Positions 1 to 9,160 of a stretch of 64,000 nt of DNA are shown one piece after another (within the stretch, counting starts at the first letter, position 1; each line of letters opens with the position of its first letter). The translations under genes were made by a program, and so were the position numbers. Source of the stretch: Candidatus Aenigmatarchaeota archaeon. Its GTDB lineage: Archaea; Aenigmatarchaeota; Aenigmatarchaeia; GW2011-AR5. The stretch covers positions 1-64,000 of the forward strand of contig JACQID010000007.1 in NCBI GenBank assembly GCA_016198685.1, given 5' to 3'. Below the pieces are notes generated by a model that saw only the letters and a list, made by a program, of their open reading frames with translations, was not told the origin of the DNA and made no database searches.

Positions 1-387
1 CGTTGGCACTAAAGGCGTCTGGAATCCGGGCTCTGCGACAAGAGTAGGCGCGTTTGCCGGCTGCTCAATGGTACGGACTACTGGAGCATTATAGCCGGCA
101 TTCGGGCGATTGGTTAAGTGACTGATCCCGTAGGCGGTTCCCGCCGTGACTACCAACCCGGTCGCGGTTGCAAGGAGAGCGTATTCCCATGGGAAACGAC
201 GACGCGGTTCGGCTTGAGGAACAGGGATTGCAAGAGGGCCGGGCAGATCGGGCATGTAACCCTGAGCTTGGATATTTCTTGCGAGTTCTTCAGCGGTTAA
301 ATAGGGTGCAGGTGGTTCTGCATAGGTTGTTGGGCCCCCTTTCTTGCGATCATCATGCCGATTGCCGCCATCGAATAAGCCGAACAT
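1..387 (-). CDS. Partial Pro-rich single-TM hypothetical protein running off the window edge
   Basis: Hand translation from ATG at 387: MFGLFDGGNRHDD...WEYALLATATGLVVTAGTAYGI...; open to base 1 and absent from the ORF track. Confidence 0.6.
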   Translation of the reverse strand, partial: MFGLFDGGNRHDDRKKGGPTTYAEPPAPYLTAEELARNIQAQGYMPDLPGPLAIPVPQAEPRRRFPWEYALLATATGLVVTAGTAYGISHLTNRPNAGYNAPVVRTIEQPANAPTLVAEPGFQTPLVPT

Positions 388-474
388 TATAATTGTTACT
401 TCTTAGTAGTATTTATTGTTTTATGTAGATTTGATATTTATATAATTATCTATTCACTACTGGAGCGGAAATGC

Positions 475-515
475 TCTAAAATCCCACATGTGGGAAAAAT
501 TTGGGGGATTTTAGA
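475..515. promoter_or_regulatory. Nested inverted repeats, candidate operator
   Basis: TCTAAAATCCC (475-485) pairs with GGGATTTTAGA (505-515); perfect palindrome CCCACATGTGGG (483-494); lies between divergent genes. Confidence 0.5.
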
Positions 516-597
516 CTATATTCTAAAAATCTTCTTCATAGGCGAATCGTAACTATAATTTGCTTGTATAGGTATCCAAAACGTATTTATTTTAGAC

Positions 598-873
598 GTG
601 ACAAAAAGATTGGGCGGTATGGTAAAAAGACATATTGATGCTGATGCAGTTTATCGCATAATATCTATGCATTGGCCACTTCATGTAACAGAAATAGCCG
701 AGAAGATGGGATTTCCAAAAGAGGAGAAGGAAGCTACCGTAAGCCATCTTTGCTACCATGTTAAGGCGCTTGTAAATCGTGGGTTAGTGAGATCAAAAAG
801 GGTAGGAAAAGCTCTTGTAGTCTGGCCTTCGGATGTTGAAAACATAAAAGCCGTGCGGAGCCTTTTCTATTAG
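598..873 (+). CDS. Winged-helix (ArsR-like) transcriptional regulator
   Basis: HVTEIAEKMG...LCYHVKALVNRGLVRSKRVGKALVVW helix-turn-helix plus wing. Confidence 0.7.
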   Translation: MTKRLGGMVKRHIDADAVYRIISMHWPLHVTEIAEKMGFPKEEKEATVSHLCYHVKALVNRGLVRSKRVGKALVVWPSDVENIKAVRSLFY

Positions 874-941
874 CGTGGGAAATATGTGGGATTAGGCACC
901 AATAATCTTTTTTTACAGAATAATTAAATAATAACGGTATT

Positions 942-1685
942 ATGAAAGAAAAAAATAGGACTTCGCGGCCTTCTGTAATGCCTGTTGCGGCCAAGCCGGC
1001 TACGGACCTACATTTAAGGCGCACTTCAGGCATACCCGGCTTGGACAAACTTATGCAGGGTGGGTTCCTTGAAAAAGATGTATACTTAGTGACAGGAGCT
1101 ACCGGTACAGGAAAAACGCTTTTCTGCTCGCAATTCCTCTGGGAAGGGCTGCAGAAAGGAGAGAAAGGCATATTCTTTTCGCTTGAGGAACTGCCGCAGG
1201 ATGTGCTGCACGATGCCGAAGTATTCGGATGGAACTTCAAGAAATACATAGATAAGGGCGACTTCATAATCAAGTACGAGGATCCGTTTGAGATAACCGA
1301 CATAACCACAGTTGTCAAGGAGTCTGTAAAGAAATTCGGAGCAAAGCGCGTAGTTTTTGATTCTACATCGATCTTTGGCATGGTCTTCGAGGACGAACAC
1401 GAGTTGAGGAAGCGTCTCTACCAGCTTATCAAGGCACTGAAAGAAACAGACGCAGTTATACTGATGACAGCTGAAATATTGGAAGAGTCAAAGGGACTTT
1501 CGCGCTTTGGCGTGGAGGAGTTCGTGGTGGACGGGGTTATAGTTCTGAATTATCTGGGTGTAGGCGATGTATCCAACCGAAGTCTTGTTATTAGGAAAAT
1601 GCGTAGGACCGATCATAGTAAAGATTCCTTTATTCTCAAAATAGGAAAAAGTGGACTTAGTATAGAAAAGGAAAAGACTTTGTAG
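942..1685 (+). CDS. KaiC/RecA-superfamily ATPase, single domain
   Basis: SGIPGLDKLMQGG, Walker A GATGTGKT, RVVFDS, EEFVVDGVIVL, KMR. Confidence 0.9.
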   Translation: MKEKNRTSRPSVMPVAAKPATDLHLRRTSGIPGLDKLMQGGFLEKDVYLVTGATGTGKTLFCSQFLWEGLQKGEKGIFFSLEELPQDVLHDAEVFGWNFKKYIDKGDFIIKYEDPFEITDITTVVKESVKKFGAKRVVFDSTSIFGMVFEDEHELRKRLYQLIKALKETDAVILMTAEILEESKGLSRFGVEEFVVDGVIVLNYLGVGDVSNRSLVIRKMRRTDHSKDSFILKIGKSGLSIEKEKTL

Positions 1686-1699
1686 ATTACGGATAGCCT

Positions 1700-2251
1700 A
1701 TGTTTAACATTGTGACGCAATTGATGTTGCATAAGCAACTATCATTCGATAAGGGACGAATACAGATATTTGGAAGATATAGTTCTCTATTGCCGTCCGA
1801 TTCATTTGTTAGTATGCAAAAGGAGTTGGAAAAAATCAATAAACAAAATATAATTTATTATTCTGGTAAAGATGCAGGGAAATCATGGTTCATTGAGATG
1901 AATAAACAGTTTAAACTAAAACAGCATGAAGTCATAAAATGGGGCTCTGATATTGTAACATTGGCAGGATGGGGAGAAGCTGTTGTAAAAAAAGAGGATG
2001 CCCCTAATAAAACCGTTATATTTAATTTGAATAATTCTATCGTTAGTAAGTTTTATGGTAAATCTAAATTTCCTGTAGATCATTTGTTCAGAGGTTTATT
2101 AGCGGGAGCCATGTGTGTAATTTTTAAGGAAGACATGGAAGCTGTAGAAATGTATTGCGTGGCCAAAGGTGATAAGAATTGTGAATTTATAGTGAAACCT
2201 AAAAACAAATTTGATTTATCTAATTCTATAACAAAAATGCAATTAAAATAA
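1700..2251 (+). CDS. V4R-domain protein
   Basis: LAGWGEA...DHLFRGLLAG...EMYCVAKGDKNCEFIV. Confidence 0.85.
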   Translation: MFNIVTQLMLHKQLSFDKGRIQIFGRYSSLLPSDSFVSMQKELEKINKQNIIYYSGKDAGKSWFIEMNKQFKLKQHEVIKWGSDIVTLAGWGEAVVKKEDAPNKTVIFNLNNSIVSKFYGKSKFPVDHLFRGLLAGAMCVIFKEDMEAVEMYCVAKGDKNCEFIVKPKNKFDLSNSITKMQLK

Positions 2252-3118
2252 TTATAAAATACTTGTTATTCCGTAGAGTATCTGAATCGTAATTATTGCT
2301 ACCATATTCGTGGTAACAAATTTAGATTGTGTTACAATAATTTCATGTATCTCCGGATTATTGATATGCCGTATATATTTTTTATTTATCCATAAAAATA
2401 AGTAAATTGAGGCTAGCGATGGGAAAACAAATTTAAACGATATTAAATTTATTAGTGATAAAAGCGCCATACAAACAAGAAGGGTTATTATACCGCCAAT
2501 GATAAAGATAACCGTCTTTTTTACCCCAACAAGAATGGGCAAGGAAATAATCTTACCTTTTTTATCTCCTCGCATATCTTCAATGTCTTTTGAAGGTCCT
2601 ATAAAGAAAATAAGAGAAGCAAAAAATAACGGATATATTGGATTGATGCTCTTTGAAGAAATAGACGCGGCCATAAAGAAAGGAACGATACCATAGATTA
2701 CGGCTCCTATAACACTCGGCGCCCAAAAATATTTTCTGAGATAAGTAATAGGATTTGTATATAGAAATGATATTAGGAAGAAGATTAAGATTAAACTCAG
2801 AGTATATGTATTGACGTAAAATGCGAGTAATATACTCCCTATGCAAAAAATAGATGCAAGCGTCGCAGCTTCTTTCATAGAAACGTTCCCCGAAGGAATT
2901 GGTCTAGATGGTTTACTGATTTTATCTATTTTCGCATCGAATATCATGTTTATGATATTGAATGCCAGCATAGCCATGGAAAGAGAAATAATAGAAAATA
3001 ATAATTCTGGAAAGGACGACGTAATCCCTAAGAGTAGCCATGCGGAAAGTGGCGTGAAAATTGTTATAATGAGATATTGAGGTACCGTGAGATCAATTAT
3101 ATTTTTTATAGAAAGCAT
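2252..3118 (-). CDS. UbiA-family prenyltransferase (DGGGP synthase-like)
   Basis: NMIFDAKIDKISKPSRPIPSG and KDIEDMRGD motifs; multiple TM helices. Confidence 0.85.
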   Translation of the reverse strand: MLSIKNIIDLTVPQYLIITIFTPLSAWLLLGITSSFPELLFSIISLSMAMLAFNIINMIFDAKIDKISKPSRPIPSGNVSMKEAATLASIFCIGSILLAFYVNTYTLSLILIFFLISFLYTNPITYLRKYFWAPSVIGAVIYGIVPFFMAASISSKSINPIYPLFFASLIFFIGPSKDIEDMRGDKKGKIISLPILVGVKKTVIFIIGGIITLLVCMALLSLINLISFKFVFPSLASIYLFLWINKKYIRHINNPEIHEIIVTQSKFVTTNMVAIITIQILYGITSIL

Positions 3119-3241
3119 ATTTACTTGTCCTTCAATGTATTGAATTATTTTAGTGTAATGTTTTTGTATTAATTGTTAGAACCCACATATTTCCCACAAA
3201 TTATTACGTGTGCTTATGTATCTTTTATCAAATATTTTTAT

Positions 3242-4327
3242 ATGGTTAAAATAGTTGGCGCTGGGCTAGCAGGGCTCGCATCTGGTATAATTCTAGCTAA
3301 AAACGGACATGAAGTTACTATACACGATAAAGCCGAATCTGTGGGGACTGTAGTAGATGATACGCAAGCTATTCGAAATTATGAGCATGATAAGGATCAA
3401 CTAGAAATATTCAGAGAAGAAGGGATCGAGATAAAACATGCCAAGCCGATATATAACATAATAAAATACGCTCCTTCTGGGAGGAGCATGATCGTGCATT
3501 CCGAAAATTCCAAGCCTATATTTTACGCTTTGAAAAGAGGCAAAGAGGACGTATCATTGGAGACACAGTTGTATAATCAAGCGAAGAATGCCGGTGTTTG
3601 TTTTCATTTCAATTCCAGAGAAGACATAAAAACTACGGATGCCGAAATACTTTCTACAGGCCCTATTCATAATAACATATGGGCGTTTGGGGGCATATAC
3701 AAAGTAGATCGCATAGATCCAGAAACTATATTATTTTTTATGAATAATGATTATTGCCCTAAAGGTTATATTTATGTCGCACCTTATGGCGAAAGAGAGG
3801 TTACAGTAGCTGCGACTACGTTTGATATTAAATGTAAATTGCCGTTGCTCTTCTCGAAATTTTTGAAAGAGAATGGGGTAATTAAGGAAATTCTTAAGGA
3901 CGCCCAGCTTTTACGGTATACGTCTGGATATTCTTACAGTAATGTTCCAAAGACTGCAGAAGTAAACGGAAAACGATTAGCAGGTTCGATAGCAGGATTT
4001 TTAGACCCTGCAAGAGGTTTTGGAATCAAGTATTCTATCTGGTCTGGAATACTTGCCGCTAAGTCAATCATACACAATAAGAGCTATGATAAGTTGTGGA
4101 AAAGTGCATTTGAAAAAGAACTAATCGATGGAATGAAAAGACGGCTTATACTAGAAAAGATGGAGAATCAAGACTACGAAAATATGATATTAGATGATAA
4201 AGTAGGCATTACGAGATATGAAAAAATCCCATCCATGCTAAGGAATAAAATGCTGCAAATGCAAATATTTTTAGAAATGAATAAATTTAGAAGAACCTAT
4301 GACATTAAAAAGTATTTGACAACATAA
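3242..4327 (+). CDS. Geranylgeranyl reductase-like FAD-dependent oxidoreductase
   Basis: IVGAGLAG FAD motif, GYIYVAP, FGIKYSIWSG; start moved to ATG 3242. Confidence 0.75.
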   Translation: MVKIVGAGLAGLASGIILAKNGHEVTIHDKAESVGTVVDDTQAIRNYEHDKDQLEIFREEGIEIKHAKPIYNIIKYAPSGRSMIVHSENSKPIFYALKRGKEDVSLETQLYNQAKNAGVCFHFNSREDIKTTDAEILSTGPIHNNIWAFGGIYKVDRIDPETILFFMNNDYCPKGYIYVAPYGEREVTVAATTFDIKCKLPLLFSKFLKENGVIKEILKDAQLLRYTSGYSYSNVPKTAEVNGKRLAGSIAGFLDPARGFGIKYSIWSGILAAKSIIHNKSYDKLWKSAFEKELIDGMKRRLILEKMENQDYENMILDDKVGITRYEKIPSMLRNKMLQMQIFLEMNKFRRTYDIKKYLTT

Positions 4328-4673
4328 CCCCAATTATTTTGTGTATTTACTATGCATCTAGTAGATACGGTTCTATTGGATTCATGGGACTTCTTAAAAC
4401 TGTAATTATAAGTTGTCTGCCGTATGGGAGCGGATGCTCACGTTCTGGAAAGAAAACAAGGAAACGTTCCTTGAGCATTATCACCAGCGCTTCAACGTGG
4501 AGAGTACGTTCTCTGCAATCAAGAGGAAGTTCCTGCCTTAGGTGCGGAGCAAGACGGAAGTTGCGCAGTTCAATGAGATACTTTGCAAGGTTGTCTGTCA
4601 CAACTTGTCCGTGCTATGTAATGCTATCTTCGAGCTCAATATAGATTTAAGATTTGAGAGGATGAGTTAAAAT

Positions 4674-4979
4674 ATGGGAGAGTTAATTAATATCCTAAAG
4701 TTCATCGAAAAGGACTACAAATACTTCTCTGAGGTTAGGAAACATTTTAATTTGAATGAGGGCGAAGCTCAAATCGTCTGGGATAGGTATTTTGAGAAAG
4801 GTAAATATATTCAGCCCAAAGATAGTTCTGGGAGTGGTTCTCATCAAAGGTATACAGCTTCCGATGAAGGAAAAGGACTTTTGGAAGAAAACTCCCTATT
4901 TAACCGCGTGACACTTCGGCAGATTATTGCCGGAACAATAATAGCCGTCGTAAGCTTTGTACTCGGCACGCTATTGTAG
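4674..4979 (+). CDS. Hypothetical protein, wHTH-like with C-terminal TM helix
   Basis: ORF with RYTASDEGKGLL wing-like segment and hydrophobic tail. Confidence 0.5.
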   Translation: MGELINILKFIEKDYKYFSEVRKHFNLNEGEAQIVWDRYFEKGKYIQPKDSSGSGSHQRYTASDEGKGLLEENSLFNRVTLRQIIAGTIIAVVSFVLGTLL

Positions 4980-5171
4980 GTTAAGAATCATGGTCATTTA
5001 GGATTTGCCACGTGCTCCCATTGGGAACACATGCCTTTACGGGCAAACTACAGACAACCAGATGATGCAGACCGTTTCAAACGGGACGCTTCTAAACGCC
5101 AGTGCAGGGAGTTTTTGTGCAACGCCAAACCACTCGTTAACTTAACATATATGCTCTATAATATAAAACTT

Positions 5172-5429
5172 TTAAAGAAGCTTGCTGATTTCTCGTTTGA
5201 GTTGTTTCCCTTTTGACGTAATTTCATAGTATCGTTGCTTCCTAGAGGTTGGATTCAAACAATGAACAAGCGACATAGTTTGTAAATGAATTAATGATCT
5301 ACTAGCAACTGAACGATGAATCTTCAATTTTTTGGACAGTTCTGTAGGTGTTATAGGTTTGGAGATATTCAGAAGTATTAATTTTCGTACTTTGGCACGT
5401 GTGACAAAACTGATGGTTTCCCATAACAT
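5172..5429 (-). CDS. Winged-helix transcriptional regulator
   Basis: TPTELSKKLKIHRSVASRSL...RYYEITSKG. Confidence 0.75.
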   Translation of the reverse strand: MLWETISFVTRAKVRKLILLNISKPITPTELSKKLKIHRSVASRSLIHLQTMSLVHCLNPTSRKQRYYEITSKGKQLKREISKLL

Positions 5430-5563
5430 ACAATACTAGCGTAGCATTAATTTTGACGATTGGTGACAGTAGCGTAGCAAATTTAAGCTTTAGAAATCTA
5501 TAGAAATTAGATAAAAAGAAAATTAAATTATTAAATAAATTATTAAAATAATGGGGATGAATA

Positions 5564-6106
5564 ATGAAGCGCCACAAAAACAGAACACGCCGTCAATCCA
5601 CCTGCGAATCATGTCTTTCGGTGTGTTTAATGGCGTTGCTCCGGCTTAGGGGAAGGCATGTTAGGGACTCCGAAGAAACGAAAATTCTGATGCAAGGACT
5701 AATATTCACGAAGCTGGACTATGCGATAGGACAGCTGATCTATGTGGCGAACAAATTCGCAGTTAAGATAGAGCAATACACGGACTTTCCTTCTTTCAAC
5801 GAGCAGCTTCTGCGGCTTGATATGCCGGAAAGCGTCAGGCTCCTGCCGGCAAGGAACACAAAGCGCCTTATAACGAGGCTGGTTGCCAAGTCGCCTGTGA
5901 TAATATACATGGACAAATACGACCTTGACGGAATTTACCACTATCCGCATTTCGTGCTGCTCACGAAAATGAGTAAAGATGCCGCGGTTTTCTTCGACCC
6001 ATGGGACGGGAAAATCAAGAAGATGATGGCAAATGCGCTTATGAGTTCGGTAAGGAGCCTGAGAAACAGGCTGGGAATAAGCCCGAAGCTAATACAGATG
6101 TTATAA
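5564..6106 (+). CDS. Peptidase C39-like cysteine protease
   Basis: QSTCESCLSVCL (Cys), HFVLL (His), FFDPWDG (Asp). Confidence 0.65.
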   Translation: MKRHKNRTRRQSTCESCLSVCLMALLRLRGRHVRDSEETKILMQGLIFTKLDYAIGQLIYVANKFAVKIEQYTDFPSFNEQLLRLDMPESVRLLPARNTKRLITRLVAKSPVIIYMDKYDLDGIYHYPHFVLLTKMSKDAAVFFDPWDGKIKKMMANALMSSVRSLRNRLGISPKLIQML

Positions 6107-6431
6107 GGGATCAAGAGTATGAAATCCGAGTTTTCAGTGACTACTATGAGGAAAATTCCGAGTATTGGACAAATTTAGTTATAAATAACTGCATTACATT
6201 GTATACAAAGAATAATTGCGCGCAAATGCGGGCAAGGTGCAGATAATGGGGTGGAATGCGCCTTCGATTTCTGAGTCATTTTGCTTCAAACCTATGCTCT
6301 TCGGCGGAAATTTCCGATTTTTTATGAGTGAGGACGGGGCGTAACTGTTATGGACACTGCCAGAAGATTCTATGCAGTATCCATAATTCTCATATTGCTG
6401 TGCCAGCCGGCCTATGAATCAGGGGTGATGC

Positions 6432-6794
6432 ATGGTGAATAGAAAGAGGGCAAGGCGAGCACATCTTGCATATTCTCTCGCGCCCAAAGAAGTGCGATCA
6501 GGGTTATGGCGTCCATTGAAATTAGCCGGATTCATAATGATAGTGCTTGCATTGTGTGCCTCAATATTCATGGACAAGGGAAATCCCGGCAGCGTTGACG
6601 GATTAACAGAAATTGCCGGCGAAATCACTGGTTCCTTGTCCGGAGAGAAGTTGCTTTCTGCATTGCCGGCGCAGAATCCTGAAGCGTCAAATGCAGGTTC
6701 TTCGCAAAACAATGCAAAAAAAGGAAAAGACAGTAGTGGCGTGGGAGAAGTGCCCGAAACGTCTTCTGATGCATTGGAAAAACGCTTAAGATAG
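6432..6794 (+). CDS. Membrane-anchored protein with low-complexity linker, probably truncated
   Basis: One TM helix (AGFIMIVLALCASIFM) then an S/N/G-rich linker ending abruptly. Confidence 0.4.
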   Translation: MVNRKRARRAHLAYSLAPKEVRSGLWRPLKLAGFIMIVLALCASIFMDKGNPGSVDGLTEIAGEITGSLSGEKLLSALPAQNPEASNAGSSQNNAKKGKDSSGVGEVPETSSDALEKRLR

Positions 6795-6810
6795 ATTGGG
6801 GTGTCATGTG

Positions 6811-7506
6811 ATGGCAGATGATGTCGTAATTCGTTTCTATTTCGACCCGATACGGATCAGTAAAGATTTTGTAAGGAACCTAATCAGTTCTATTCATGGT
6901 ACAACATATGAAGATGTAGGATATAGTACCAAAGCAAAAGAGAATAAAAATGGAGAATTTATAGCTAAACGAAAGCAGAATGCGCCGATAGATGAAGCAA
7001 TAGAATGGGTGTCAAGAGAAGGCGGTATTATATATCGGTTGAACTATAAAAATTTTATTCACTTTGATCTGAAAATATGTTTTCAGGCCAGCACGAAAAG
7101 AAAATTGGCAATTATTGAAGTATCCTTTATTGGCGCTAATTTTAACGAGGAGGAAGAAAAAAGATTTGAGCGGGGGGCCGTTTTAATTGAACTGAGTAAA
7201 AACATTTGGAATGCGATGAAACAAAAGCCGCTCTATGGAATGGGCGATGATGGCGGATTTGTAGATTACGGCCCTTCTTCAGAAGACATTCTAAGATTGA
7301 ATATTGAGGACAAAATAAACATCTATTGGCTCAACTTCTATGGCCAGGAATTGATCAGCAAGTTCGGTAAAGAAAATATCCAAAAAATCTTGCCATATCC
7401 TAAAGCAAAAAGACCATTCTGGAAAATCGAAGAATTGGATGACGGCATCCTTACAATCCAGGCACCGTTACCGCGCGTTTACATGTCCAAAGAGGAGGAC
7501 CGGTGA
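6811..7506 (+). CDS. Putative toxin immunity protein (Imm52/DUF3396-like C-terminus)
   Basis: YWLNFYGQELISKFGKE...WKIEELDDGILTIQAP pattern; ATG 6811 overlaps an upstream TGA. Confidence 0.5.
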   Translation: MADDVVIRFYFDPIRISKDFVRNLISSIHGTTYEDVGYSTKAKENKNGEFIAKRKQNAPIDEAIEWVSREGGIIYRLNYKNFIHFDLKICFQASTKRKLAIIEVSFIGANFNEEEEKRFERGAVLIELSKNIWNAMKQKPLYGMGDDGGFVDYGPSSEDILRLNIEDKINIYWLNFYGQELISKFGKENIQKILPYPKAKRPFWKIEELDDGILTIQAPLPRVYMSKEEDR

Positions 7507-7510
7507 TATA

Positions 7511-8047
7511 ATGAGCGGACAGTGTGAGACTGCATTTGATAAAACAACAACCCCGATTGTTGTTAGAACTATCTTGGATACTTCAGAATGGTTAAAATTG
7601 AGCAATCGTAGATATGTAAGTTTCTGGTCAGATTCTACGGGCAACCATATAGGCATTACTTCAGAAGGGCTATCATTTGATATAATCAATAAACAATTTG
7701 GGGTTAGTCTTGATAAGACAGAAGATTTCTTAAAAGAAGGTGTTGACTATACAGTAAAAATAGGAGATGAAATAGCCGGCGTGAGTGTAAAAAGGATTAT
7801 ATCGAATTCGCCCACAACAAAGAAGTTTTTCGATGTTATATCAGAGGCGAATAGTGAAATCGTTCAAAAGAACAATGGGAGATGGTCATATAACATAATT
7901 CATATTTTGGTCAAAAATGATGACGAGGTTAAATTAGCAGAGGAGGGTGTCGAATCTTTGCTGGACACGCCTCATGCTATTGAGGATATAACTAATTTCA
8001 AAGTAATAATAACTAAAGTCCCAGATTATTTGATGAAGGTGGAATAA
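7511..8047 (+). CDS. Putative restriction-endonuclease-fold toxin domain
   Basis: SEGLSFDII...KTE...GVDYTVKI...GVSVKR, a PD-(D/E)XK-like arrangement; tightly coupled to the next ORF. Confidence 0.5.
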   Translation: MSGQCETAFDKTTTPIVVRTILDTSEWLKLSNRRYVSFWSDSTGNHIGITSEGLSFDIINKQFGVSLDKTEDFLKEGVDYTVKIGDEIAGVSVKRIISNSPTTKKFFDVISEANSEIVQKNNGRWSYNIIHILVKNDDEVKLAEEGVESLLDTPHAIEDITNFKVIITKVPDYLMKVE

Positions 8048-8048
8048 G

Positions 8049-8753
8049 ATGACGTATTTGTTTCATATAAATTCAAATGGAAGATTTTTGCCAGATAAGA
8101 TACCCGAAATACTGACGAAATTATTTGCGTTATGTCGTGATAAAAGTTTCTTTCCAATATCATTTCGTTTTTGGAACAAGGAAGACATTGATATAAAGGA
8201 TCTAAATTTTGAAAAATTAAGACCTTATATAACTGAACGCAAAAAAAGAGGAGCACAGATTTACGAATTTGAAATAAACAATGGGAGGATGCAGATCAAT
8301 TATTATACGAAATTTGGTTATCCGGGCGATTACGGGGAATTCCATATATCACTAGATAACTGCAATTACTTACTGGATGAGAATGGAAGCTGGGATGAAA
8401 AACATCTCGAAAGAAGATTAGAAGAAACAATCAATTATTGTGTTGCGATTATTAAAAGTGCGGACAGTGACTTCGTTATTGGAGGGTGGGAAGAATATGA
8501 ATCTAGTGTTGAAGCTTGGCAAATAGATTTTTTGGTTATCAAGAAAGCACTATGGAAGAATTTTCTAAGAGAGCACATAAAATACAAATTCAGAATAGAT
8601 TTATCGGAAGACATAATAGAAAAACTAACCAAAGAGACTGCATATTCCGTGGAAGAAAGAGGGGATTTGATGATAATTAACTTTTCCGCTTTCCGAAAAG
8701 AGGGGCGGTTTTATAGAATGGTTGAAAAGCTGGCCGAGGCGAGGAAAAAATGA
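8049..8753 (+). CDS. Putative cognate immunity protein
   Basis: Starts 1 nt after the toxin-like stop; aromatic/acidic 234-aa soluble protein. Confidence 0.45.
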   Translation: MTYLFHINSNGRFLPDKIPEILTKLFALCRDKSFFPISFRFWNKEDIDIKDLNFEKLRPYITERKKRGAQIYEFEINNGRMQINYYTKFGYPGDYGEFHISLDNCNYLLDENGSWDEKHLERRLEETINYCVAIIKSADSDFVIGGWEEYESSVEAWQIDFLVIKKALWKNFLREHIKYKFRIDLSEDIIEKLTKETAYSVEERGDLMIINFSAFRKEGRFYRMVEKLAEARKK

Positions 8754-8755
8754 GA

Positions 8756-8911
8756 CATCAAATAGCCGGTGTAAGTGTTAAACGCATAACTAGTGTTCCG
8801 GGTCCGAACACAATGAAAAATAACATAGAAGAAGGTTACGAAGGCCTTGCAAAGAATGCCGGCGGAAAATGGAACTATAACAAGGGCATGTATATCAAAT
8901 ATATATGTTGA
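8756..8911 (+). pseudogene. Fragment of a second, diverged toxin allele
   Basis: Hand translation HQIAGVSVKRITSVPGPNT...AGGKWNYN matches EIAGVSVKRIISNSP...NNGRWSYN of 7511..8047; no start codon. Confidence 0.7.
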
Positions 8912-9122
8912 TGGAACGCTTGAAGGGACAGGCCATGACCTGAACAAGAGCATAACCTTCAGCGCCTACAGGCCCTATACCATAGGTGCTGTTAGCGTTG
9001 GGAGCACCCAAGAAGGGGGCTACTGGAATGGCACAATAGGCATAGTCAATGTCTATGAGAAAGCGCTTAGCGTAGATGAAGTAATAAGCGACCTGGAAGC
9101 TTCTGCCGCCAAGTACGGCTAA
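8901..9122 (+). pseudogene. C-terminal fragment of a LamG/ConA-like domain protein
   Basis: IYVDG...IG...YWNGTIGIVNVYEKALSVDEV; N-terminal part absent. Confidence 0.65.
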
Positions 9123-9160
9123 ACGGGTATTTATAAAAATTCCCAAAGAATATAGAGAGC

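Noticed and set aside
4350-4640. Minus-strand ORF fragment with an upstream in-frame stop
   Set aside because: It may be a pseudogene, but no family was recognised.
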